Source of the DNA: Octopus sinensis
Lineage: Eukaryota
NCBI RefSeq assembly: GCF_006345805.1
Contig: NW_021835074.1
Location: 1-48,947 of the forward strand
Reading direction: 5' to 3'
DNA: 48,947 bases
Shown: positions 13,368 through 25,220 of the stretch, one piece after another
Layout: every line of letters begins with the position of its first letter
How positions within the stretch are numbered: position 1 is the first letter of the stretch
The notes under the pieces: generated by a model
The model's database searches: none
Seen by the model: only the letters and a program-made list of their open reading frames with translations
Told to the model about the DNA's origin: nothing
Translations under genes and position numbers: made by a program

Positions 13368-13900
13368 CTCCTTTGGAATTTCACCAATTCAAACTGACAA
13401 ATAGGGCAGACATTGCATTGAAAGATTTCAGAAAAAAATCATGCCTCCTCATTGATATAAACGTATCTGTCAAGACCTACCAAAAACTGAGCAAGTATAA
13501 AGATTTTGAAATAGAAATTAGCAAAATGTGGAAGCTGAAGAGTAAAGCAATACCTGTTGTCATAGGTGCCCTGGGAATGATAGCAAAAGGGGCTGATTGC
13601 TATCTTTTTCAGATACTAGGAAACCCCAAAATGGCAGAAATTCAAAAGATAGTACTCATGGGAATTGCCCATATCCTAAGTAAAATACCGACTATGTAAT
13701 CGCAAATTTTAAAACAAACTCATGATTTTCTTATGGTTTCTTAAACATTTTCTAGAACAATACTACGTACAAAAAACAAAATATATGGCACCGTAGGCAT
13801 AACACCAACGTGAACTTCTAACTTATTGTCTCTTGAGGCCTCTGGGTGAGACTTGGAGCCAACTTGTACAAATGCAAAGCAAATGTCAAACATAAAATAA
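13367..13900 (+). mobile_element. 5'-truncated R4/Dong-like non-LTR retrotransposon (restriction-like endonuclease C-terminus + 3' UTR)
   Basis: Translation NRADIALKDFRKKSCLLIDI...KLSKYKDFEIEISKMWKLKSKAIPVVIGALG...EIQKIVLMGIAHILSK* (stop 13699) resembles the PD-(D/E)xK REL end of R4/Dong elements. Followed by (AAT)n. Confidence 0.8.

Positions 13901-13968
<68 letters not shown>
13901..13968. repeat. (AAT)n microsatellite
   Basis: Direct reading. Confidence 0.95.
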
Positions 13969-13969
<1 letters not shown>

Positions 13970-14490
13970 TGATTGGAAGTGTTATCATGTACATTGTTTT
14001 GTCTTGGTATAAAAGATGGGCTACAGCAAATATTCTGCTCAATACCACAGATTTGCTTGTCAGTTGTTTGACCTTAACCAGTTGAGTATGTCCCTTAGTG
14101 GCTGACGATATGTGCATCTCTAATCATGAGCAGAAGTAGTGGGGGAGCATCATAGCCATGTGTTGAGAGGGATTCTTTGGGGTTTGATTAATTCACCTCT
14201 GGAAACATGGGTGGTTCTTTCAACATCCTTAAACAACCCTTATTCAGGGACCTTTCGAGTGGGATGGGTTACTCGACCTGAAGAAAATTCTAACTGGACC
14301 CCACCTGCAAGGTCATGCGCTGTTTATCTTGATATGAGATCACCATGTCGCGCACATATGGTTGTGATGCATGTGCCTAGTGTACCCTTATCAGACGAGT
14401 AGTCATGATGGGTATACTGGGCTTCATATATTTTACCCCAGTGTCACTTTGATGGCATGCACTGCTCTCTCACTCAATAATAATAATAAT
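13969..14490 (+). mobile_element. Non-coding interspersed repeat bounded by (AAT)n on both sides, possibly a non-autonomous R4/Dong partner
   Basis: Starts directly after (AAT)n and ends CTCTCTCACTC(AAT)4. No ORF. Repeat status is inferred; there is one copy in the window. Confidence 0.4.
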
Positions 14491-14686
14491 ATAGACAAAA
14501 TGTTTAATGTTTCGGTGCGTGACTTTTGGCCCGCCCAATATCTTCTCTTTTCTTATGGCAAAATTGCTTTGCAAGGTTTGGTGGTGTTATGTAAGATTCG
14601 TTGAAAAACTTTAAACATTTTTGTTGAAGGTAAATCACCCGGTTTTTAAAACATGAGGATTCGCTTCGTATAGTTTATAAATAGTA

Positions 14687-14848
14687 GACGTAGAAGTGGC
14701 TGTGTGGTAAGAAGCATGCTTGCGAACCACATGGTTCCGGGTTCAGTCCCACTGCGTGACGCCTTCGGCAGGTGAATTCTACTATAACCTCGGGCCAACC
14801 AAAGCCTTGTGGGTGGATTTGATAGACGGAAACTGAAAGAAGCCCGTC

Positions 14849-14897
<49 letters not shown>

Positions 14898-15135
14898 GTG
14901 CGTGTGTGTGTGTATACGTTTGTGCATCTGTGTTTGCCCCCCACCCACCAACATAGTTTGAGAAACGATGCTGGTGTGTTTATGTCCCCGTAACTAAGCG
15001 GTTCGGCAAAAGAGACCAATAGAATAAGTACTAAGCTTACAAAGAATAAGAACCTGGGGTCAATTTGCTCGACTAAATGCGGTGCTCCAGCATGGCCGCA
15101 GTCAAATGACTCAAACAAGTAAACGAGTAAAAGTG
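14687..15135 (+). mobile_element. SINE family A copy
   Basis: Colinear with 11349-11760 including the internal (TA)n/(TG)n. Confidence 0.88.
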
Positions 15136-15389
15136 TAATAGTCCTGTGCTTGTTTGCTGGTAACATCTTTCGTGGGTACCCGTTAGCCACCCCTTTTTTT
15201 ATCTCAGGATCCGTCGCGCGTAACTACGTGACATACCTGAAAGTTTTATATTCACTTGATGACGTTAATAGCACTTAGCTCAAAATGAATTAGCGCAGCA
15301 TCATTAAAATGACAACTAATTATGAACACGAATAATAAAGATACAAATCGGTAACTTGATGTAAATTATCACAGGTGGTGCAGAAAGAA

Positions 15390-15960
15390 CACTACCGCCA
15401 CCACCACCATCACCACTAGTATCACCACCGGCGCTACTGCCCTCGCTACAACCACAATCATTACCACCGCCACCACCAATACCACCATCACCATTGATAC
15501 CACCACCATCAATATCACCGCTACCACCACCATCACCACCACCACATACATACATATATACATGTATACACTCACACACACACACACACACATAAGCACA
15601 TTTACACTTACACACACATACACGCTCATGTATATTCACATACATACACACTCACATATACAAGTATATGTAGGGAAACAGAAGATGAAGAAGAAGGAGG
15701 AGGAGGAGAAAAAGGAGGAGGAGGAGAAAAGGAGGAATAGGAGGAGGAGGGAGAAAAGTAGGAGGAGGAGGAGGAGAAAAGGAGGCGGAGGAGGAGGGAG
15801 AAAAGGAGGAGGAGGCGGAGGAGAAAAGGAGGCGGAGGAGGAGGGAGAAAAGGAGGAGGAGGAGGAAAAGGAGGCGGAGGAGGAGGGAGAAAAGGAGGAG
15901 GAGGAGAAAAAGGAGGAGGAGGAGGAGGAGAAAAAGGAGGCGGAGAAGGAAGAGGAGGGG
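15390..15960. repeat. Degenerate (ACC)n, (CA)n and (GGA)n low-complexity cluster
   Basis: Direct reading. Confidence 0.9.
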
Positions 15961-16320
15961 GAGCTGGCTGAATCGTTAGTGCCTCAGACAAAATGCTCAA
16001 CGGTATTTTTGGCAGAATCGTTAGCACGCCGGGTGAAATGCTTAGCGATATTTCGTCTGCCGCTACGTTCTGAGTTCAAATTCCGCCAAGGTCGACTTTG
16101 CCTTTCATCCTTTCGGGGTCGATAAATTAAGTACCAGTTACGCACTGGGGTCAATGTAATCGACTTAATACCTATGTCTGTCTTTGTTTGTCCCCTCTAT
16201 GTTTAGCCCCTTGTGGGCAATAAAGAAATAGGTATTTTTTCCCTTTCTGAGTTCAAATGCCGATGGTGTCGACTTCGCTCTTCATCTTTTCGGAGGTCGA
16301 TATAATATGTACCAGTCAAT
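15959..16320 (+). mobile_element. SINE family B: young copy (16011-16230) nested in an older diverged copy
   Basis: Old head GAGCTGGCTGAATCGTTAG...CGGTATTTTT, then GGCAGAATCGTTAGCACG...AATAAAGAAATA, then GGTATTTTTT and the old body. GGTATTTTT is duplicated at 16002 and 16231. Confidence 0.8.
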
Positions 16321-16974
16321 TACTATGGTCTATGTTAGCCATGTGTGCCAATATTAGGAAGAAATATGTATACAAATAGTCACCTATAAACATAGATAAG
16401 CCGCCACGAAGAGAGTAGATCGTGAACTATTTTCAAGTACAAACTGATAAATAATTGAAAGTAGTGATTTGTCCTCGGGCATAAATACATTATGATTCGC
16501 AAATAGCCTCGAACCAAAAACAGTTTTCTACAAGCTTTTATATATTTCATTTATTTTCACACAACTACATGTACACATAATCCCTTAATATATATGGACA
16601 CATCAACGGTTACACATACATACACACACGTACGTTTAGTTATAGAAAAGGTCACTAAAAGTGAAACATGGACTATTTTCAAGAGCAAAGTGTTAAGTAA
16701 TTTAAAATGGAGCTTGTCCTGTGGCATAAATCCGTCTTTTTCCCCCTTTTATAGCCTTTATATATCTTATTTATTTTCAGCTTTTTCAATAATAAATGTC
16801 ATGATTTACTACAAAAGTTGGTGTTTACTTTGATATTCTTTTCAAATTATCCAAATTCCAGAAAAAACATTATCGACTCGTTTCTGGATATGTTTTGAGG
16901 ATATAAATCAACGAAACAACCAGAAAGAAAGGGGGGAAAATGGGCATCAGGAGCGAATACTCTACGTAACAACA

Positions 16975-17710
16975 GCAAGAAAAAGAAGAAGAAGAAGAAG
17001 AAGAAGAAGAAGAAAAAGAAGAAAGGGAGAAGGAGGGGAGGAGAGGAGAGGAAAGGGAGAAGGAGGAGGAGGAGGAGGAGGAGGAGGAGGAAGTGGAGAA
17101 GAAGCAGAAGAAGGAGGGGAGGAGAAGGAGAAGAAGAAGAGAGAGGAGGAAGAAAGAAGAAGAGGGAGGAGGAGGAGGAGAAGATAACGAACAAGAAGAA
17201 AAAGAGGAGGAAGAAGAAGAGAAGAAGAAGAAGAAGAAGAAGAAGAAAAAGAAGAAGAAGAAAAAGAAGAAGAAGAAGAAGAAAAAGAAGAAGAAGAAAA
17301 AGAAGAAGAAGAAGAAGAAGGAGAAGAAGAAGAAGAAGAAGAAGAAAAAGAAGAAAGGGAGAAGGAGGGGAGGAGAGGAGAAGAAAGGGAGAAGGAGGAG
17401 GAGGAAGTGGAGAAGAAGCAGAAGAAGGAGGGGAGGAGAAGGAGAAGAAGAGAGAGGAGGAAGAAAGGGAGAAGGAGAAGGTGGAGGAGGAGGAGGAAGT
17501 GGAGAAGAAGCAGAAGAAGGAGGGGAGGAGAAGGAGAAGAAGAAGAGAGAGGAGGAAGAAAGAAGAAGAGGGAGGAGGAGGAGGAGAAGATAACGAAGAA
17601 AAAGAAAAAGAGGAGGAAGAAGAAGAAGAAGAAGAAGAAGAAGAGAGAGGAGAAGAAAAAGAAGAAGAAGAAAAAGAAGAAGAAGAAGAAGAAGAAGAAG
17701 AAGAAGAAGA
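16975..17710. repeat. Near-pure purine (GAA/GGA) tract with internal ~100-bp duplications
   Basis: Block GGAAGTGGAGAAGAAGCAGAAGAAGG recurs near 17090, 17403 and 17497. Confidence 0.92.
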
Positions 17711-18217
17711 AATTTTTTCGAAAAAAATTTATCAATGGCCAGCATATTAAAAACATACCTCTAAAGGTTAAATTTATAAACAACTTATAAACAAGGGCAA
17801 AAGAAAAAAAATTCTAATGCCAAATATGCCGAAAATAGACAAATTGTCAATAACCATATTATTTATCACTATAAACACGCGTCTCGAATAAGCCGACAGA
17901 AATTTCTAAAAATTCCGTTATTATCGTATCGGTCCCAATTTCGGAGTTAATTCATAAGAATTTTCTCCTCGTCAGCGATAAATACGTAAGAAATAAATGA
18001 AATACTTACTCATACCCATGGAAGAAGCAAGCACCAAGTCATGAGCACACCTAAGTACCCCAAATATATCCAAAATAGAGATTTTCCAGCACATCTCGAG
18101 ACACATGCGATTCGAACTGAAAACTCTCATAGAGTGAGAGAGTCCGGAAGTGAACACTATTAAATTTACATCTAATATAGGATAAAATTTTTCGAAAAAA
18201 ATTTATCAATGGCCAGC

Positions 18218-18218
<1 letters not shown>

Positions 18219-18248
<30 letters not shown>

Positions 18249-18254
18249 ATATAT

Positions 18255-18316
<62 letters not shown>
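18219..18316. repeat. (TA)n-(GA)n microsatellite
   Basis: Direct reading. Confidence 0.95.
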
Positions 18317-18319
<3 letters not shown>

Positions 18320-18387
18320 GTATGTATGTATCAAAACAAACTGCTTGGAGAGGCAGGTTGTAGCTATGCTACGAGCTTCCTGTCTTC

Positions 18388-18808
18388 GGATCTTTTCATT
18401 TTGAAGGCCAGATTTTCCTAGTAAACTAAACAATTTGAAACTTCGTATACTGGTAGAATGTGTCAAAAGAAAACATTATTGTAAACAAAATTGAAAACAA
18501 AATTGTAATTCGTAACTTAAACGTAGTTTAATTTTAAGAATTTTAACCAATGAAATCGCAGCATTCGAGCTCAAATTATTTACCTCTTCTTCTGTCTTCT
18601 ACATGTGCTACAAATAACAGGCCATTGATAAATTAAATCGATTAATTTCGTCGCCCAATAAAAATATTAACGATATTTTTTTTATATTTTCTTTATTTTT
18701 TTCAATTTTGTTTACAATAATGTTTTCTTTTGACACATTTTACCAGTATACGAAGTTTCAAATTGTTTAGTTAACTAGGAAAATCTGGACTTCAAAATGA
18801 AAAGATCC
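18388..18808. mobile_element. MITE family 2, ~110-bp TIRs starting GGATC, perfect 8-bp TSD CTGTCTTC; Merlin-like by inference
   Basis: GGATCTTTTCATTTTGAAG...CTTCAAAATGAAAAGATCC. TSD at 18380-18387 and 18809-18816. 5'-GG termini with an 8-bp TSD fit Merlin. Shares AAACTTCGTATACTGGTAGAATG with family 1. Confidence 0.9.
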
Positions 18809-19192
18809 CTGTCTTCTATTGCAGACAGTTATTACCGTCTCCTGTTGCTTTCTTTGGGTTCTGTATACTACAGAATGCCCTACGTCTTCTAGACATTTTT
18901 CAATTGATGCATTTGTGAACAATGATTCGTTTTCGCGAACAAAATATCCAGGCGAAAAACATCGGCTTTTCTCTCGAAAGAATGTGAAGTCCATTGTTTT
19001 AAGAGAAGCGTGAAGGACCCTATCTCAAACTATTCCATGGACTGAGACCTTTACTATGAAAATACCCTGAATTTCGATCTATTCTTCTGGTAGTAACATT
19101 TGGAAGTACAAATTTAAGCCTTAATTGACCAAGCCGCAAAATTGTTTGACCAATGCTATCGGTATTACTGTAGTATTCACATTCACAATTTT

Positions 19193-19616
19193 GGATCTTT
19201 TCGGTTTGAACGGCAGTTTTTTAAAATAATTTCCACGTAACTAAACACTTTTAAACTTCGTATACTGGTAGAATGTTTTTATAAAACATCTTTTTCTCTT
19301 GGCTTTATTGAGAAAATTCTATAGTTTGTAAGATAGTTGGGGTTTTTTCTTCAATTTCTGCAATTTCAACCAATCAATGACGTCTATTGAAGGTGAAAAC
19401 ATTCTGTGCTGTATGAAAATGTCCCTCGTTTAAGAAACGGATTGGGTTTATTTACATTTGTGAAGAAAAAAAGATACCTTCCCCCCACCCCTAACCTTAA
19501 CCCTAACCCTAACCGTAAAACAGATTGAAATGCAATAGATCGATACTAGGGTCATAATGGGTGACAATTTCATATGACACCGCTAGAAAAATCTGCCGTT
19601 CAAACCGAAAAGATCC
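19193..19616. mobile_element. MITE family 1 copy
   Basis: TIRs GGATCTTTTCGGTTTGAACGGCAG / CTGCCGTTCAAACCGAAAAGATCC; internal CCCTAA-type repeats. Confidence 0.9.
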
Positions 19617-20294
19617 ACATTTGGAAGTACAAACATTTGGAAGTACAAATTTAAGCCTGAATTGACCAAGCCGCAAAATTATTTGACCAATGCTATCGGT
19701 ATTACTGTAGCATTTACATTCACAAATTTTTTTTGGTCTCCTTTAAGAAAAAGAAAAACTACCGTTAACCTTTCGAACACGAAGTATTACAGAAGCTATT
19801 TTTTACGCCAGTTCAATTGACTGAAGAAACATGTCCACCAAACTTGAAGGAAGACTTCTCCCATCTTGTTTTATAACGTCGTTTCTTTGAATATATCTTC
19901 CACATCTTTCGGTGGATCTTCAGTAGCCTTGTTTTCTTAGAAATTGCACCCTCATACATCGTTTTTTCTTTTCCTCTTAGTTATCTCCCTCGTAAAATTA
20001 TTTTGAGATCTGTAGTCGTATATCTCTTTTGACGTATGACTGTGCTTCAGATTTCCCATACAACTCTACCTTGGTTTTCATTTTATACAGTCAAACTACT
20101 TTTCATGCAAATGTAATTTTCGTTTCCTTCGCTACCATCTTTATCATTTGCTTTATTTATTTATTTATATATTTATTTATCGATTTATTTGTTTATTTAT
20201 TTCTTTTGAAAAAGGTTTATGTTGTCTTTATTGTTGTTATTGCTGCAGGTCAGTCTTACTGCAAATACTAATGCTAATGTCGTTGTTGTTGCTA

Positions 20295-20297
20295 TCA

Positions 20298-20339
<42 letters not shown>

Positions 20340-20488
20340 TATATGTGTATGTATGTATATATCTATATATATATATGTGTGTGTGTGTGTGTCTGTGTGT
20401 ACGTACACACTCACACAGGCACACACACATATATGCATGTATGTATGCATTTGCTTTTATGTATATATTTGTATATGTGTGTATATGT

Positions 20489-20526
<38 letters not shown>

Positions 20527-20530
20527 ATGT
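20295..20530. repeat. (TA)n/(TG)n/(CA)n microsatellite cluster
   Basis: Direct reading. Confidence 0.9.
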
Positions 20531-21080
20531 ACCTCATTTTTGTGTTATTACCATGTTGTAAAAGAAATCACCGCCCTTCGCGTTTTAGAAACCTCCTTCC
20601 ACTGTCAACCACCGCAGACATATGCAAAACCATGCAGAAACAGAAATGCTGCCAAGAAGACAGAAATAAATAACCAATGCATTCTCCTAAATGAGCAAGA
20701 AATACCAACAACAATAAAACAAACATAAATAATGAAAACGAAAACACACTAACAATATAACTGCAAATATAAGCTGCATTAGCAAAATAAAAACCAACTA
20801 GCGATTGGAAGGCGTATAAAACATGGATAAAATAATATGGCGCTGTCGTTTAGTAAGTACTGGTTTCTGATTGGATAATGAGAGGGAGAAACGAAGAAGG
20901 CTGGTAATTGGGATGATGACATTTCACCTTGGAGCATGGGCGAATACTTTCCGTGTTATTTTAAGCATAGGTTTGTAATGTTTATTTTGTTTATTGTTTA
21001 ATGTTTATTTGAGAAGTAATGAAAATGTAAATGGAAAGATGAGGAAAGCATAGGATACGTCCGTTGCACGTAAAATATTC

Positions 21081-21180
21081 TGTGTGTGTGTGTGTGTATG
21101 TGTGTAGATACATAGATAGAGACAGACAGACAAACAAACATACAGACAGATAGATAAATAGACAGACATACAGACAGATG

Positions 21181-21244
<64 letters not shown>

Positions 21245-21257
21245 TATAGGTAGATAA

Positions 21258-21306
<49 letters not shown>

Positions 21307-21378
21307 TAGGCGGACAGGTGGCCAGGCAGACAGACAGACAGGCGGATAGTGGTCAGTCTGACAGACAGATAGATAGAT

Positions 21379-21456
<78 letters not shown>

Positions 21457-21490
21457 CAGACAAACAGACAGACGGACAGAGAGATAGATA
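21081..21490. repeat. (GT)n followed by a long (GATA)n/(GACA)n array at the 3' end of the full-length Tx1 element
   Basis: Direct reading. Confidence 0.95.
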
Positions 21491-21768
21491 ACTTTTTATT
21501 GTAGCCACACAAGGCTAAACACAGAATAAAAATGGACGAAATACAATGTAGAATTTTTTCTTTTCGAGGTGGGATGGGTGGGGGCACAAAAAAAAACGTT
21601 TGATCAATAGGGATCTGTGGGTTGTGTGGTGTATAAAAAAGCAATATATATATATAAGGTTCACAGTAGCCTTGGAAAGAAAAACCTACAAAAAAGACCA
21701 AGGTCACCTCAGACAATTCGAAAAAGAACACATGAGTAAGTCGCCTTACTTCTCGTTGTCTCTTTTGG

Positions 21769-24700
21769 TTACAGATTTATGCTTAAAATAGTGTCGTCTT
21801 TCATACTGATCATTTTTGCCACTTTTACCCACTTTTTATTAAATCATTCGTTCGACAAAGCCTTCCTCTCTATTCTCATCCTCCTTTTCAAGTGGTACTT
21901 GAAAAAGTTGACGAGAGACTGACCAGAGAGGAAGGTGTTTGTTTGCAGTCCTTTCAAACGCGTCCACCACACACATTCTTTCGCCATAGCATCAGCGTAA
22001 CGAAAACCGTTTTCCCTTCCCGTTTAAAGGAAGGTGGTGGAACAATATTGACGATAGACTCGGCCGATAGGCGAGCCCGACCTACACGTGACAACAGCTG
22101 TTCGACGAAGGACCACAGCTCTGAAATATCTGGACACTGCACGAGTGCGTGCAGAACGGTTTCGTCGCTCTGACCGCAGCTCGGGCAGGTCGGTCCGGTG
22201 ATGGTTTTCGAACCGTGTCTGTAGCTCTTCTCTCGAACAGGTAGTGCGTCTCGATAGCACTGCCAAGCCAGGGATTTCTGGAAGTTATCCATAGGCCCCG
22301 GCCCGAACGTCGTCCTGAACAGGCGGGTTAGAATTCTTCGTCGACGCCCAGGTTTCCCGAGTGTGTCGTCGGACCTCCCCTCCACTAGTCCTCTATAGAA
22401 CGCTTAGTCGTTTGTAAGTTGCACAAGTTTGACTCCGGTCGGCAGAGCTGCTGTAGAGCTTGGCTACACTCTCGGTGCCAATCGCCCAGTTTCGGTCTCT
22501 TTTTGATCCACGTTTGCAGTTCGGTCAGTAAGACGAGCTGCGGGAAGTCGCGTCACAAACGGCGCCCACACTGTTCACCGTCGTCGATGAATTTCCAGAG
22601 ATGTCGCAGTCTCAGCGCATGCCTGCGATCATCAACCACGGCATGCCCAGCCCTCCATTCAACGGATGTTAACAGCAAATGGACTTCCTCACCATCGGAA
22701 CGCCACCCTTCCACAGGAAGCGGGGAAGAGTATGCGTTCCAGTTTGGTGATGGTGGCGTCGGGACAAGGTACGACGGTCAGGCGGTAATCGATGACGGAT
22801 GCGATGTACGCGTTCGCCACCTCCGCCCGGCCTTTTAGAGACAGCTTTCTCTCAGCCCATGTTTGGCTGAGAGCGACCACTCTACTCGTGATCTCGTCCC
22901 AGTTCTTATCCATTTGGAGGTCCGACTGAACCAGACCCCGAGCAATTTAACCGGTCCGTCCGTCCAGCGTCCCACTACTGAGCCGCAGTCGGACAGCATG
23001 GGCTTGCTTCTCCAGGTGCCGAGTAGCAAACCCACTGACTTTTCCGGGTTAATCTTTGCTCCCGTCACCGTTCGTATTTTCTTAGTGTCTCGCCTATCAT
23101 CTTGATGTGTTGTCGCTCGACACTATGACGGTGACATCGTCCGCATATGCCGACACGCTCGTCCCGCAACCCAGTTCCCGTGGGATGCCCCTCAGTGTCG
23201 CCAGCTTCCGCAGTAGCGGCTCGAGAGTCAATACATACAGAAGCGCCGACAGGGGACACCCCTGACGGACCGAACGCGTGATGTCAAACGGTTTCGACAG
23301 GTGACCGTTCACCCGAATCACCGATCGGATGCCGCTATACAAGGCAGCGATCCAACCGCGGAAGACGGGACCGAAGCCAGCCGCCCTGAGGACGGCCGCC
23401 AAGTACCGATGGTCGACCTATCGAAGGCTTAGACTGATCCAAATTTATCAGCGCCCCACCCATGCCAGGATCCTTAACTACCCTGTCCACAATGTAGGGC
23501 ATCAGATGGAGGTTGTCATGTATGGTTCTCCCGGCACGGCGCATGTTTGCGCCCTGTCGACCAGTTACCAATGACAAGCGCCAACCTCTCGGCTATTACT
23601 TTGGCCAAAATTTTCAAATCTGCGTTGAGCAGAGTGATGGGCCTGAAATTATCTATAAAATTCCCCTGTTTGAGTCTTTCTTCAGCAACGTCACTGCACC
23701 TCGGCTCACGAAACGGGGATTCTCCCGTTTTGTTGCCAGTTGCAGTAGACTGATGCCAAGAGGTCGCCAAACAAGTCTGGCATTCGACAATACAGCTCGT
23801 AGGGTAAACCATCCAATCCAGGCGACTTATCCCTCGCGCAGCCCGCCATCGCATCCCACACGTCAGCGGCTGTGATGGGACTTTCACAACACTCCGCTTC
23901 TCTTGCCGAGAGCCGCGGCAGACGGTCAGGTAGGCACTGAAATCCATCCCGCGTTCCGACCCACCACTCGCACCAAACAGTCGAGCAAAGTGCTGTTGAA
24001 AGGCCTCACACATCCTTTCGGGTTCGAGTAAACTGCATCCCTGTTGATCTATTAGAGACCGAATGGTGGCTCTGTTGCCACGCTGCGCCTCCGCTACCCG
24101 GGCCTCTCGCGCAGCTTCAATCCCTTCGTTCCTTAAGGCACGCATTTTAGCTCTGACGACGCAACCTTCGTGCTTGGCGTTGAGGTGTTGGTCAAGGGCC
24201 ATCCTCGCAGCCAGCACGTTGGTTGCGCTGCCAGTGGTAAGTGCCTCTTCTAGTTTCTTAACTGAGTCTCCCTCTACTCTATTTCGTTCTATCGCTAATT
24301 CCTTGCTAAACCTAATTGATTCCGATTTTATTGCCATTTTCAGGGCGTACCACCAGTGGTTGTTAACGACAGCTCCCGTCAGCGCTCTCTTAATTAACTC
24401 GCTAATCCGGTTCCTGTAAACCTGTCGCACTAAGAGCGACGTGTTCAGTTTCCACCTGCCTATGTGTTTTATCTAAGTCGAGCGTACACGTAACAAATTT
24501 GCGATCTGTGTAGCTGACTATTTTAAATTGTAGACATCCTACACTATCCCTATCCGCTGTCCTGCATAGAATTCTATCTAGATAAGATCTCGACGATCCG
24601 ACGCGGTTTGTCCAAGTCCACGTTGGCACGTTCGGATGGTCGAGTCGGAACCTGTCAGACAAATGGAAACGTCTGAGCAGGTCTTTGAGGCTCTTACACC

Positions 24701-25163
24701 CCCTTCTATTCCTATCCCTTCCCACATAATCTAGATGCGTGTCCAAGGTAGCGTTCCAATCCCCTACTAACAGTAAAGGTCTACTGAAGAAATCCGCCCG
24801 ACCCGTTAAGGACGGTGCATAAACTGCCATCAGACGGAATGCACACCCATTTCTGCCATCCACGTCCAAGACAACCAGCCTACCCTCCGGGTCTAGGAAT
24901 ATTGCTCTTACTTTTACCTTTAGACTCTTTCGAAAAAGCACCGCAGTTCCTCCACCACCCATGTTCGGCAGACAGGGAGAAAAATAAATGTCAAATTGAT
25001 TGCCAAACATGGACTCGAGGGCCCGCGGCTTACTGAGTCTGGTTTCACTGATAGCTACTATATCCACGTCCAGTGACTTGATGTCGTTTAGAAGGTAACC
25101 TTGCTTCCAAGCCGACGCCAAGCCACGCGCATTCACACAACCTAATTTAAGCATACTTGACAT
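21769..25163 (-). pseudogene. LINE ORF2 (APE endonuclease, reverse transcriptase, C-terminal zinc-binding motif), multiple frameshifts
   Basis: NARGL...ISETRL, LVGDWN, SYLDRIL (APE). NFRPITLLNADLKILAK, LDQSK, RQGCPLS, YADD (RT). CPSCGQSDETVLHALVQC at the C-terminus. Terminal TAA at 21769-21771. Confidence 0.93.
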
Positions 25164-25220
25164 TTACGAAAATTGTGTTTTACACACTATATTAGAAGAG
25201 ACAAGAGGCAAGAAGTGAGG

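Larger units (their letters stand above)
13088..14538. mobile_element. Old Tc1/mariner-like non-autonomous element, split by nested insertions
   Basis: TA|CAGGATGATCCAAAAGTCACGCAC at the left end and its imperfect inverted copy GTGCGTGACTTTTGGCCCGCCCAA|TA at the right end, with identical spacing to the flanking TA. Confidence 0.5.

Noticed and set aside
15562-17790. Glu/Lys/Arg-rich and Phe/Ser/Leu-rich ORFs
   Set aside because: Translations of GGA/GAA tracts with no non-repetitive coding context.
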